A stretch of 64,000 nucleotides of DNA from Phoronis australis (lineage: Eukaryota > Animalia > Phoronida). The notes under the pieces were generated by a model. That model was given only the letters and a program-made list of their open reading frames with translations, did not search any database and was not told the DNA's origin. Shown here piece after piece: positions 29,137 through 49,100 of the stretch. Position 1 is the stretch's first letter; each line of letters opens with the position of its first letter. Position numbers and translations under genes: made by a program. Where the stretch lies: NCBI GenBank assembly GCA_002633005.1, contig NMRA01000181.1:62001-126000 (forward strand), given 5' to 3'.

Positions 29137-29395
29137 ATATAAATAGGTAAATAAAACAACAAGAATGGATCAACTGAAATTTTCGGATTTAATAACGTCC
29201 TTTGTCAACAGAAACAGAAATAAAGTAAAATCAAACAGTATATGACATTTGACGTTTAAGATATGGTGTAATGAATATGTCAAATGTCATATAGTGTTTG
29301 ATTTTACTTTATTTCTGTTTCTGTTGACAAAGGACGTTATTAAATCCGAAAATTTCAGTTGATCCATTCTTGTTGTTTTATTTACCTATTTATAT
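29137..29395. repeat. Near-perfect long inverted repeat (117-bp arms, 25-bp spacer)
   Basis: 29137-29253 is the reverse complement of 29279-29395 with one mismatch seen by eye. Confidence 0.93.
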
Positions 29396-30174
29396 TCTAC
29401 ATTTCGTGAAACAATAGTATCCTTGGGAGGATCTGGATCGCCTTATTTAGTTTCAGATTTATTTTCTACGTTATAATTCATGGAAATGGTTTCAAGCGCA
29501 TTCTGACATCATCCCAAATTCCGATATTTTTAGTGCTTTATGGTAAGTCTAAAAGGGCCATTGAGGTTCACAATTTATTGTAGATTGTCATCTTGGCAAT
29601 ATATATTGTCAACCTTAGTGATGTCCCGGCCTGGTCGTTTTTGTTCATAAAGCCGCTCACTCAATAAAAGCAACTTTCACGCTTGTACAAGCGATTGCCC
29701 TAAACGTTTTCATCGCAGTTTTTGTATAAGCTCTCACCCGTTTCCTAAAAAGTATGGGCGCACTATTTGGCATGTACCTGTGGTTTTCTGACATTTGCGT
29801 AAGTTCACGGTACCAGTGTTTTTATTACGATTTTTTTATCTATTTTTGATTAGCCACCATGCAGCTGTGTTAAGCTTGGCTGTTCAATCAAGTCTGATTA
29901 ATGTCCAAAATAATAAAAATACGATGGAATAAACGTGTATAAACGCACATCTATACATATCAAGATATAGTGAGAATACTTTGTAAAGACAAACAGTGTA
30001 ATGTTATGGCATCAGCTGATGTGTACAGATAAATTCGCACGTGTGAAAATGAAAGCGGTTATGAATAGCCGTTCTCTTTTTACGAACTCTGTTCATTTCT
30101 CATGAACCACAGTTCTTTTCGATTCTGATAGGAGGCACGAGTTGCAAAGACAAAGCGGAAAATGCTTCACGATA

Positions 30175-30800
30175 CAAATTTTCTGTACGAAATTTAAATT
30201 CTCTGCAGGACCAAAAATATACTCAAAACCAAAATTTATCTCGCCAGGACCTACAATTTATCACGTCAAGACCACAATTTAACACGTTAGGACAGAAAAT
30301 TTATCACGCCAGGAAAGAAAATTTATTACGTCGGGAAAATTTGATGTCAGGAGGCTACTTGATCAACAACAGGCACGTGGCCTCTCTAAGAGATGATAGG
30401 TATCCAACGTTTCGCCGGCGACAGTCACCTTATCGTGACAATGATGTTGAATTTAAGTCGTCTCTTCCACGTTTTACTATAGAAGCCAATGTACACTTGG
30501 GCACACTAGACTTGAATGCGGCTGAGAATTACAGACAAAAAGGATCGTCATTGACACGTGGTCTCCTGTCATGAAATTTTCTCTTGGCATGAAATTTCCC
30601 TTGGCATGAAATGTTCTCTTGGCATAAAATTTTCTCATGGCAAGAAGTTCTATGTCCTGGCGTGATAAATTTTGTGTCCTGGCATGATAAATTTCGGTCC
30701 TGGTGTGTTAAATGTTGGCCCTTTTCGTGATAAATTATAGGTTCTGGCGCTATAAATTTAGAGAATTTAACTCTTGAATAACAAATCTGTGTCCTGAAAT
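30175..30800. mobile_element. Foldback-like MITE with inverted arrays of ~20-bp units
   Basis: Left array AATTTATCACGCCAGGAC-type units (~30230-30345), right array in inverted orientation GTCCTGGCGTGATAAATT / CTTGGCATGAAATT (~30570-30760). Confidence 0.6.
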
Positions 30801-32431
30801 TTTTCCTGCTTTGGTTTTCCATAGTTGCACATGCTTGACATAGTGTAGGGCATCTTTGGGGTACAAAATATCAAATCTACCTGTACTCTTTAACTGGGAA
30901 AAAGGGTTCACGTGAAGAATACTGAATTCTTAAGGCTAACGATGAGGAATTATCGCTGACAGTGAGAACGCCATTGTGATTTGTAATGAAAGTAGATTGT
31001 CAGACCTGAAATATAGGCCGGTATTAGATCTTCACACGACAGTGGATGACATGGATTCATTAGCGGATTTAAGATGCCGTAAGCGATAGACTTAATTACA
31101 CTTTTCGAAAGGTAAATGTTGGGGGGAAGGGGGCAAGGTCCCTTCTCAGGACCCTTCTAACCGATGCGGCAGGTCGCCTCAATAATTTGCAGGCGTCAAG
31201 GTTAAACCGTGGCAACCAGTACAGGCGTGGGAACGAGGGCAGTCGAGAAAAGAAAGGCATCGAAACGGAGTAGAGAGAAAATTCAAGAGCACATTTGTCA
31301 ACTATCAGTGCTTGATTTGCACTTTGAGGGCCCTTGTCAAGACATTGCTGCAGTGGCGGATCTAGGATACCATAAGAGGGAGGGCCCAACATGTTGCCTC
31401 GGGGAATTGGGCAAAGCGCGATTGCATTGGCACAGGTGACCTGAACATTGAGGGAGCTGGGGATGTGGACCTGTTCAGAAAATCTATTGGTGGACTAAAA
31501 AAAAAACGGGGACACGATTCCGCCACGGTCTGGGGTCTGGTGTATCATTTTACAGCATAAGTCGTCTAAACAAAGTGCACTTGGTCATTCATTCATGTAT
31601 TTCGACAAAATCGAGAAAATTTGTTCTGCATTGCTTTTGAAATGCATAGTAATTCACTGAATTTTTAGATTCACGAGGACAATTTTAGGGAATGCTCTGA
31701 TATATTTCTCAAGAGACCCCTCTCTGCAAGGGATACTGGAGTCAGTTGTCGTGTCCTGTCTCCGATGTCCTAGAAATTGATAAAAATTGAGAGCCTGGCA
31801 AATAGTATCGATTGCTGCAGATTTCCAGTATTTCTCAAAATTAGATAAAAACCCTTCATATTTTAGAGCCCATCTCTTGCTTGGGGGACGTTGATGCCTT
31901 CTATGCGGCCACCCTTTCTGTGCTTATTTTTGGATACCCCCTTAAAGAGACCCCGATCACAAAGAGAAGGCCAATGACGGTTTTAAATCAATTTACATCT
32001 TTTAAATTTGGTTACGACCTAACTCCTTTGTTAGTGATTTCCAATAAGATCGTATCTACCCTGACTGGGCTGAGCTGTTAAAAATAACAGTTAATTAAAT
32101 TTATAACATATTTGAACATCAGTAAACCAATAGCATTTCTGAAAACTTCGTCAAATAGTGATCATGTTTGGTTTTTGAATCGCCAAAATCGCCCAACTAC
32201 AACCGAAACTACGACAATCTATTCTTTCTGAAAACACCAATTCACTGTTAGTTTGACTGTGCTCACACGTGGTCTGTAATAAGCCTGGAAGATAATTGGC
32301 CTGCTTGTTGTCTTAAACAGACAAAAGAGTGTGCTTGGCAGCTAACAAAGAAGCTAGATATTATCACACGCTCAGAACCGCCTACGTCTGGTGAAGTCAC
32401 TGAACGGGAAAATGCTGTCATGCACAATCGA

Positions 32432-33147
32432 AACTGTAACTTGCGGAACGGTCACTGGACGTCTAACAAACCAAGTTTTCACTAACGGCGATGCGATTAA
32501 TTTTCTACGGCAGCGTGTCATTTTTTCTTGATGTTCCAGTCGTACAGTAATCCTCGAGTTTACTGTTCACTTAAGTGAACCCGGACAAAGCTGGCCGATA
32601 AGAACATGCTTCCTAACGCTTTGCGTTACAATTTACTTCCTTATTGAGAGATAGATAATTGAAGAGAGTCCTGTGTCACCTCCGTTTATCGATTGACTAA
32701 TACGGTCTAACATTAATACGAGAATGTATGTCCACATTCGTGAAAAAGTCACCGTATCNTACAAAATCAGATAAGAGATAATGATCCCCTATAGCAGTTC
32801 TGAACAGGCTGACCGATATGAACTGTAACTTGCGGAACGGTCACTGGACGTCTAACAAACCAAGTTTTCACTAACGGCGATGCGATTAATTTTCTACGGC
32901 AGCGTGTCATTTTTTCTTGATGTTCCAGTCGTACAGTAATCCTCGAGTTTACTGTTCACTTAAGTGAACCCGGACAAAGCTGGCCGATAAGAACATGCTT
33001 CCTAACGCTTTGCGTTACAATTTACTTCCTTATTGAGAGATAGATAATTGAAGAGAGTCCTGTGTCACCTCCGTTTATCGATTGACTAATACGGTCTAAC
33101 ATTAATACGAGAATGTATGTCCACATTCGTGAAAAAGTCACCGTATC
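32432..33147. repeat. Identical 327-bp direct duplication across an N (probable assembly overlap)
   Basis: 32432-32758 = 32821-33147; a single N at 32759 marks the junction. Confidence 0.85.
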
Positions 33148-33499
33148 AAGTTGGACAACTGATTTGAAAAGTGTTATGCCAATCAGTAGGCCAGTTGTAA
33201 AAACGTGCATTTCGTGATACGAAATATAGTCTCGTAAATAGCGTCGGCAGGAAGATTATACTAGGTCTTCATATTTCCTCTGCTTCAATCAACATCACTT
33301 TCTGGCTTTAGCCTCAATAACACCAAGCGCTAATTAACTACGACCTTCACAATAATGACTGTGCGAGTGAAACTTTTTGTATAGTTTACGACCTCTCCGG
33401 TAAATTGCGCACCGCAGCAGAACTATACAAAATAAAATATGACTATGCTGAATCATTGTTCTGTAACTGTTGGTAAAGCAGAATAGAAATTGTATAAAA

Positions 33500-34860
33500 A
33501 AGAATCATGTTGAATGAAATTAGATATCCGTTGTAGTATTTGTTACTTTCCGGTGCATTGTGAGCCTATGACGTGTAATTATGGTAAAGTCTCTGAAAAG
33601 TGTGGTTACTGAGTGTTGAGAATCAAAGTAGTCTAACATGTTGAATGAAAAGGTCAATTTTTCAGAAATTGCACTCAATGACCCCATGGTTGCACCATAT
33701 GACTTGAAACTTAAGAATTGAAAGTCAATTGCATGTGTCAATCACATACGTAAATCTGAAGTGTCAAATTTAAGTTTGCATTCAATGACCTTTGACCTAT
33801 TTTGCCTGATTAGATGACCTGATTGCTTAGAAAAGTCGTGTATTTGATTGGCATATACACTTACACCTGGACATTGAAAATGTATGAGAAACAACATTTT
33901 GGAAATAAGACGATTTTTACACTAATTGACCCTTTCTAGTACCCATTAAACAGTTGTAGTGAAAATATTGCGAAGTCCGTGTAATAGTTGTAACACGCTT
34001 CTACCTTAGAGCGGTTTTAGAAAGTCACTCCTTGAAAAGTGTGGTTAATGCTGACAATTACAGTTTTATAACCGTTGACATTTACAATATTAGAATACAT
34101 GTTAAATGAAAAAGTTAACATTTCAGAAGAAAAATGCACTTATTGACCACATAGTTGCACCAAATGACTTGAAACTTTGGAACTGGAACTCAATTTATCA
34201 ATCATATACGTAAATCTGAAGTGTCAACTTCAAAATTTAAGTTTGCACTCAATTACGTTTGACCTATTTTATTTGATTGGATGGCTTGATTGCTTAGAAG
34301 TCGCGTATTTGGTTGGTTTGTACTTTTACACCTGTATGTTGAAATTAAAGAGAATTCCTTGAAAATTTAGGAGAAATAATATTTTGAAATTTGCTTGTGA
34401 CCCTTTTCGGTGCATTATAAGCCCTTTTAGTAGTCTCTATTGCACAGTCCGTGAAAAGCATGTTTAATGATGAGAATCGCACTTATCTAACTGTTGACAC
34501 ATCAGAATACGTGTTGAATGAAAAGGTTAAAATTTCAGAAGAAAAATGTACTTAATGACCCCTTGGTTGCACCAAATGACCCAAAACTTTAGAATTAGAG
34601 TTCAACTAAATTTATCAATCAGGTATGTGAATTTTGAAACCTCTCAGTCAACATCTTAGTTTGTACGCAATGATCTTTCGCCTATTTTATCTATTTGATC
34701 GGATTACTTAGAAAAGTGATGCATTTGATTGACATGTAAATTTACACCTGTACACTGAAATTGAAAAGAATTCAATGGAAATTGTAGCAGTAACGTTTTG
34801 AAAATTAGATGACTTTTTGCACCTATTGACTACTTTCGGACCATTATGAGTCCAAAATAT
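33500..34860. repeat. Diverged tandem repeat, ~410-460 bp unit, about 3 copies
   Basis: Recurring ATGTTGAATGAAAAGG..TTTCAGAA..TGACCCC..GGTTGCACCA..ATGAC..AAACTT..TACGTAAATCTGAAGTGTCAA blocks starting ~33638, ~34099, ~34510. Confidence 0.8.
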
Positions 34861-35260
34861 AAGTTTCAAAGTTGAAAGTTGAGTCGTTTGAGAGTTTGTA
34901 AGCTCTAGGAAACAGCAGAAAAGAAAACAACAAGAAAAAGACAAAAACCTGAGAATAACAAGGCTCTGCGCTGGTACGCGCAGAGTAAATAATTGTGTAT
35001 TTCGTTTTTCTTGTATATTATGCAATTAACTTATTCGGTTTTAATAGCCATTTCCACTGAGCAAATCTTCACTCTTGTCGTTCGACTGCTCATGGTTAGA
35101 GATTTATGGTATTTCTGCAATGGATTGTGGGAAATCGGACTACCCAGCCGAATGAAACCAGAAAACGTACGCCTACATCTCCAGCCAACAGGTGGCGATA
35201 AAGATGTATAATTTCACAAATCTCTAACCATAAAAAGTCAACTGCCACTAGTCTGTGTGT

Positions 35261-41200
<5,940 letters not shown>

Positions 41201-41679
41201 CTGAAAATGATGATTTAAATTACAAAATCACCAGATTAATTTACACGAATGAGGCTTTGCGTCTAATTTGAGGTTCTTGTTCAGCACTTAAGAATTTACG
41301 AGTTGAGATGTGTTAGTGCTTGCTTTAGCAACCATTTTCAGCGTTGTTTACAGATGGCCATCAATTTCAAAATTAGGCAGTTTGTTTCATTTTCTTAGAC
41401 GATTTATCACACACGTATGCAACATCTTACGTAAAAGTCTCGCTAAGATGCAAACATTAGCCAAAAGTGAAAAAAAGAATTGAATAAGTAAGTCACCTAA
41501 TTAAAAGTCATTATTATTGCGTATTAAAATAATTATGGTAATGATTATGATAATGAAAATACTAAATGATAGCCAGTAGAAAATTGACGTTTTGGGATAA
41601 CCGAACGAATCAACATGCTATTTATGTGTTGATAAAACTAACTGTGAATTAGTATTATGTAAAACACTCATTTGTTTAC

Positions 41680-42060
41680 CTTGAACCCAGTTGTTCTCTC
41701 AGCGGCCGCAAAGCACGTTCTACCGTCTCGTATCACAGGGCTTTCAATATTATACGATGACTTGCAAATATCTTTATCACACCATAACCTTGTCTTGCGA
41801 CATGTGATGTTGGTCCAGAGTTCGTTAGAACCTTCAGATAATCGCACCTGTAGTTCAAAAAGTCCCCAAACCCATGCTATCTCGATTCAATCAGTGAACT
41901 CCGCTTTGTTGGTGTATGCGCACTATAGGTCTACTCCAAATTCAGACATAGTTACTCGTATTTCTGTCCGATAGCCGCAAGTCCAATGAGATAAATATAG
42001 CTAGAGTTGGCATCACGTGGTTTTCATTGCGCGGAGTGGTCCACCATCTTGCTGATGACC
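41680..42060. promoter_or_regulatory. Putative promoter / non-coding exon of cathepsin copy 2, shared divergent region with the tetraspan gene
   Basis: Minus donor AAG|GTAAAC at 41680/41679, TATA-like GTATAATA at 41755-41748, E-boxes TCACATG (41807-41801, minus) and TCACGTG (42013-42019), YY1-like CCATCTT ~42044. Confidence 0.45.
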
Positions 42061-43148
42061 AGTGTTAGTTAGAGATGCGTGCGTACTGTGTAATATCTGA
42101 GAACCATTATTGGTAACAACACCGGGTTTCAACTCGTAAAAACTCACTGGCTTTAATGTTAGGATCACCAAGTGCAAACTGGGATTTTTGGAAAATCATC
42201 CAAGAACATCACTGCATACTTGAGCACAGAATTAAAGGGTCTTTACACTTCTTTGATCTTTAGCAGGTGACATCAAAAATTTAAATTTGATTTCCATGCA
42301 GTATAACCCGGCCAGAATCTGAATGATATAGTTTTTGGTCTTTCGAGGTTTGAAATTGACACTGAAATAAAATGATTTTGTGGGTGAGAACTCGGTCGCA
42401 GAAACAATATCGTTCAACTTTTGGTCTTTTCTTGACTTACCTTCTTGAGTCCGATAGTATTTAATGGAGTGGCCTTATTCTCTCCAAGATATCTGTTGTT
42501 TTCTAGCAACGAAGAAACATAAAAAGTGACTGCAAGATTAATAGTTGTACATTTTTACAGAGTGGAAGATTTATTAATATGGCCTGGTTATTAGGAATAC
42601 GGCAGGATCGAAGAACGGGATACCCAAGAATGCTAGACCCCACACTGTTGTATTGGGACGGTTGATCGGATGGGAGTGTTTCTGCATGTAGATTTCAAGA
42701 GATGGGACAAATGTTATGTAGCCTGGCAAGTTATTAAAATCTGAAATTGCCTTACTTGAGGAAAACCATCATTTTTGTATTCTTTTTTGTTTATGGCCTT
42801 CTGATAGTTACAGTGTATTAATGCCTGAGTATGTAGGACAGGGCAGATAGAACAGTCAGTGACGGAGTATCTTTGAGGCCACAGCGCACCTGTTGGAGAT
42901 TTCGATTCAAATGCGGAAACGGATAAAGGTATTACCCACAATGCACCCTAAAATAAACAGTCGCTGAGCACTGATGAGTGATGGGTGAACAGAATGAAAC
43001 ACGTATCGATCTCACTTCGCCGATATCTCTTCAACATTAAAACACAATGACCCGAATATAGGCTGCATGTAATGATACTCATGTAGTTGAAGGATGAATA
43101 TTTTAGTGCGACCGTCTTTGTGAGCGTGTTAGTCTAAACCATTTAAAA

Positions 43149-46100
43149 ATGGATGAGCTCTCTCAGCATCCTCAGACGAGCGAGTCAACATCGGGTACCG
43201 ACATACAGCGTCAAGAGTTACAAGAAGGCGATGGGGATGCTGCAGTTTCCGAGAACATGACGAATGCAGCTTCACACCCTTGCCAGAGTGTCAACCATTC
43301 ACCTGGACTCAGTCGGCTCAATCACATTTCAGACAGCGAAAATGAAAATTGTAATCCCCATCCTGCCGTTCCAGAACCAAGATCAGTGAAAGCATTGTAC
43401 TGCACGGACAAGCTATGGGTGTTTGTTACGCCCGGAGTGACTTTGATTGTTATAGGATTTTTACTGTGTTTCATTTATTTTAGCATCAGAGGGCTCACAA
43501 CCTCTTTGGAATACACAGAAACTATTCCAACTTATGCAAATGCAATTTTAGTAAGTCCATTGGTTCTTTATTTGGTGTTGTTATAGATGTTTATTTTTGT
43601 GTACACATTAAGAGTCAAGGTGATTATGCTTCAATTATTGTGTTATGAATAGCATATTTCCATCACTTGATTCTGTTATATGGCAGTCACACTAGAGGAG
43701 CAGTTGCCCACTGCTGAATAATGACAGCCTCTGCACACTATAGCTGCATTCAGAGCACTATTTTTTTGACTTAAGACAAGTGTAGAAGTTTTGATTTATG
43801 AAGAAAAACTTAGTAATAACTATAATTTAGAAAGCCACTTTGTATTGGCCACTTGATAATGAAGTAGGCTAAACGTTTTCTTTATTATCAGTGGCTGCAC
43901 TCAGAGGTGGCAGCAATGTGATGCATACTAGTTGCTGTCAAAGTTTGTTCTGTCTTTATTTTGTAGGTGTTATGTGCTGGCATTTTAACAATTTCAATAT
44001 GCAAGAGAAGAAACAAAGTACTGGTATGTGTTTGGTGTGAAGGACATGCTTTAAACTCCTATGAAATATTCAGCCCCATGCAGTGCCATATATGTGAAAA
44101 AACAGCAATTAGCATTGTGATTTAATTATGGTTACAGAATGAAGAGAATGAATTGCAGCACCCCTGCACTGCTGGTGGTAGATACATTCCAATATAGATT
44201 TTTGTGATTTCTGCTTGACCTAATTAATCCTTCATGACTTTTTAAGTGCTAAGTTAAATTACAAACTGTTCACCACTGATCATGGTTTGAGATTCCTGAA
44301 ATACCATTTGGTATTTACTGGATCTTGAGTCTGTTTTACATTGATATGCCAGATCTTTCAGTGCTTGACACTTACTAGTAACTTAACACCAACTTGCCAA
44401 ATGCGACTTCTAAGCGAAAATCCCAGAACTGTTTAATGAAAATTGAGATGGATCCAAACTGAGGTCGGAAGTCGTCATCCCGTTGTCAGCATTGTTAATA
44501 AATTACGCATATCTCTTCTGAATATGCACACTGGAGGCGCGTGTTTCATGTTCCGATGTTGCTTGATTTTTGTCATACAATTTTGACATCCGTCTTTTTG
44601 CTTCCTGTTGTAATCATTGTAAGCATGTGATTGACGTGTGCTGACTGCTGAGGCTAACAAATGCACTTGATTTCAATAAGCGAAAAAATGGTGAACCAAA
44701 GGTATTGAATGTAGGAAAAATGTTATTAATTAATTTAAAGTTTGAAAGTCATATGTTTTGAAATGAATTTTAGGTGAATTATTGTGTGACTTTGATACAC
44801 GCTGTAACGACTTCGTGGCGACTTGGAATTTTTTCCATGTCCACAAACACGATCTGAAGTCACATTGGTGAGCTGCTGGTCACCAAATGAAGCACTATCT
44901 TTACACCTGGCTGACCTACTTTCTCTTTATGACTAATCAACAATGAGTTTGATTGCCTAACCTACCAAGGACAGAGAAAACCTGAATACTGGTAGCAGTT
45001 GTAACATGCAGATCGAACAGTGATTATTGATTCACCAGTTAACTGGCTTATGGCTATATTTCTATGTCTAGAGGTATTGATTACCATCTTTTAATGATTT
45101 ATTCGTTATATGGTTGTATGTAGAAAACATGTTTCCAAATTTCAACAGGCAAAACTGGAGTGCAGTTCAATCAAGATTTTCCATGTTATTGTTGTTCTGC
45201 TCATTCTACATGATTTTAAAACTTTGTTATTAATGACATGATAATCACTCATATGTGGGTGGACAAACAAGTTTGAAGTACAAACTTATTTTGAAGAGAC
45301 ATGAATGTGAAACGACATGTAAGTTGCTAAAAGTAAATGTTTTCTGACAAAGGTGACAAAAATCATTAACCTATATCCAGCAAGTACGAAGATGTGGTGT
45401 TGAGGAATAACAGTGCATGGTGGTGTTACATGTTCCAATGTGATTGCTGATTTACTTTTCTCATTTATTGGTACAATTGGAGATTGTCACTTCTTCTCCT
45501 GATGGCCCTCTTGGAAAGTTATGTTTTAACTAAAGAGTGTCATGCTCATTTTAAATGTCATAGTGAATATTAGATAGATTTACCGATATATATTAAACTA
45601 GTACTGTAAGTAGCAGGAGCTTGGTACTTGAAAACCTTGGACTCTTATGAATTTAAAAAGGAAAACATATCTTCGGAATTTGTTATGTCACGGTCTATGA
45701 ATGACCTGGGACCTTTTTTGTGAAAAGTGATTATTTGTCTTCTGCTCCCTTGTCGCTGTATTACTGTATATAATGTTCAAGCCAGGAAAATATTAGTAGA
45801 TTATTATTATTATTGCTATGATTAATACAAATTGTTCAAATATTTAGCAATTATGGGAATATTTTATGAGACTGTACTTCGCTGAAGTGAGTTTAGATTA
45901 TTTTTCTTTAAAATTGTATTTCAGCATAAGACTCAGTCTTAAGTCGCTTTTCATGAAACGGACCTCTGATTGTTTCATTTCAGATTGTTACCATGATTAC
46001 TATGTGCGCCATCTGTTGTCTGCTATCCACGGCATCTGGTATCTTGACAGGCATAAGGAACATTCAAATGATTCACAGCATTGCATTTTGCCAATATCGA

Positions 46101-49100
46101 ACAGAAAATACTCAGTGCCATTGCTATACATACATTCCTTCATACAAACCAAGGAATCGCACATCATGGGCTATCATAGGTAGGGACAGTTTTCAGTGTT
46201 CCCAAGATAAACAATATAGTAAAACGTGCATTAGTCAAGACAGGCATAAGTTGGCTTTTTGCTTGTAGAAGGCAACAATTTTGTGCATTTTGTCAAAACA
46301 AAACTTTTGATTTAGGTCATTTACTTTATGAAATTGGTCTGAAAGTGTTTCTTACTCACACAAGACAAAGTCTGTTGAACACCCAACAATGTTCACGATT
46401 AATAACTTTCAATGATATTCGCTCAAGCTCTCTATATCTTTGACGGTTGTTCACCGTGCATGAATAAAGCAGCCAGCCAAGAGACACAAGAAAGCCTGAC
46501 AGCTATATTTCAAGACTGTCTACAGGTGGCACTGCTGCCAAAATACTCAGATTAGACATGATTTCTAGACTTAATGCGAAGAACTGCGCACAGTTTGTCC
46601 TGTCAGCAGGCCATCTTTTTGGTCACATCCGGTGACCTAATGAATATAAGTCCGAAAAGATTTCTGCCCCCGACCGGTACTCGAACTCAGGACCTTCTGC
46701 TAACCGTGCAGAGAAGAACTGTCAGTTTGTCTTTGAGCAGAGCAGGGTCATGAAGTTTGCTCTACACTCTTGGTTAGTTTTGACAGCAGCTGAAGCAGTA
46801 TATCAGTCAGGGGGATTCCAGGTGTTTTAGTGCAGCCAATTTTAATTCAAGTAAAGGAACAATGACTATGTTGCTTTGGAAGAACAAATACGTACGTCAG
46901 GGAAGAAAGTTGCTTTCGACACCACACTTATTATATCTGCTTTAATTCGAAGGTTCTGAAGTAGAATTGTTCTGGTTCATGCACAGTTTTGGTCCAATTA
47001 GATCCGACTTAAGGAAGTTGCACTGTACCTGTATTTTGCTCTTTCAAGATATGTTTAATGTAGCTGCATTGTAGTTAAACTAAGAGGTTCTAAAATAATC
47101 CTTTTGATTGTCATTTGATATTTACTTACCTGAAAACAAAACTTGTATCATGCTGTCTGAATTCCTGATGCTCAGTGACATTACTTGGCAATGGAAATTG
47201 ACAATTGAGATCAGGGTTCGAGCTAAGGGGGCAAAATGCTGCTGGTTTTGTCAGTTATGCTTGTGGACTTTGCTGTTTGTTGCAAAGCCTGTCTTAAATC
47301 CTTTAAAAAAGTTTTAAACGTCTTGAATGCGCTTGAGAGGTTGCAATTTAGGCCTAATCCTGTTTCAGATCCACCTGAATTTGTATTCTACCAGTCGCCG
47401 TCATGTGAGGTCATCACCACCAACCTGGTCGACTTCATGTACACGCAGTGTGCTCTTTATGGAGGAACGGTAATCATGTGCTGTCTTGCCATTTGTCTTG
47501 GTGCTGTCGTCTACAGAAATGAACTAAGACGGGCCAAGCTGCATGAGGTTAGTGGCAATGCAATCATCAATTGTTCAAATATAGACCTTTGCGACATAAG
47601 AAGCAAGGAACATTTTGTCCCACTTTAGGTCATGGTGCTAACTTGTTACTTGCATGAAAGAAATTCGTGTGAAGTTTGTTTAGACTTTCAGCAGGGATGC
47701 GTTTCTTAGTGCTTTTCTCTTGTTAAGTTTGGTACGATCATGCCCAATCACGTGAATGAAGAACAGTTGTGCAATGAAGTTTGTGAATTTACTAGCATAA
47801 ACTAAACAAAATGGCTGCCACAGGTGTTGGAATGTTGAGCTATGTAAGTAAAGTACAAATAAACTCGCTATTTCTGTTCCATAAGCCAAGATTTCTTGTC
47901 TCAAGGGACATCACGAGTGTCTTGTATCTATGAAACACACACCTGGGCTATTTTCAGACCTAAATGGAAAAGATCTAAATTTTGCACTTCTTCCCCATTT
48001 ACCCCTAAAGTCAGTGACGTTGGCATGCATTCTCTTACTGGTCTGGTGAGATGATCTCCACGTGGTATTTACATACAAACAACATGTCATTATCTGGTAA
48101 TATTGGGCATCAAAAGCAATGCCAATCGACCATTTCTCCTTTCAATGACTTGGTTCATTTATTCTGCTTTCCTTTCTCGTAAATTGTTTCTCTTTGCCAA
48201 ACTATTTTTGAGCACACTCATGAAATGCCATCGACTTCCCCTACTTGCGCCAGATAAACTAGACAAAGAGTTGTAAGTTTAACAAGTTTAATTCGCAGCC
48301 GACAACACAACGAGGCAGAACTGGAAGGGCTCTCACCAAACACAGTCGTACGAATAACAATGCAATGGCGTTGTTGTTTGGCAGTTCTAGATGAGTGTGC
48401 TCGTGGACGAGACGGTCTCCCCAGCTTAAATGGGAAACTTGTAAATGGGCTATTTGAGGCTGTTCTTGTGACTTTGGCTCATTTATAGTAGGATGGATGC
48501 AAATTTTAAAGTAGGCCTACACGCACATCCCTTGAGTGAACAAAATTGTTGAAGCTATCTTCTCGATATTTGTCCACCAGTTAACAACCTGGAATATGAG
48601 TTGTTAACTCCTGTTACCGCGTTTGGTTAGGTAAAATACCTAGCTTAAATTGTCATTGTTCGTAAACACTTAAATAGCCACATTCTGAAATATTAATTTA
48701 CTAATTGGTCTCAGGTGGTTCCCACTTCTTACTTGAGTAAATGATTTTGTTTATCAAATTCGAACTCTGATCATGCAAAACAATGTTGACTCATAATGCT
48801 GAATAAGACGAATACTAATAGACATAAGAAACATGACCCTGAGTTAGTCCAGTACATTGTGAATGTCATGATGTTTTGACTGACCTCATGAACAAAACAA
48901 CAAGATACAGTGACAGTTAAGCACGGTGTTCATCTTCACAATTTTACAAGGCCAACGTGCAGTTTAGTTTAAAAACTTCTGTTTTTATTTTCGTTAAAAT
49001 TGAAATTCTATTTTCCCAATTTAGAAGTTTTAATTATGTCACCATATGAATCGTGTTGATTAGTTCTCTTCCCTAGTCTGTCACCAGACAATATTTTGAA

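Noticed and set aside
32432-33147. Perfect 327-bp direct repeat as LTR pair or recent duplication
   Set aside because: 100% identity with an N at the junction points to a contig-overlap artefact; no TG..CA ends or TSD.
42965-43015. CTGATGA...GAAAC hammerhead-like string
   Set aside because: Stem II and stem I cannot be paired convincingly.
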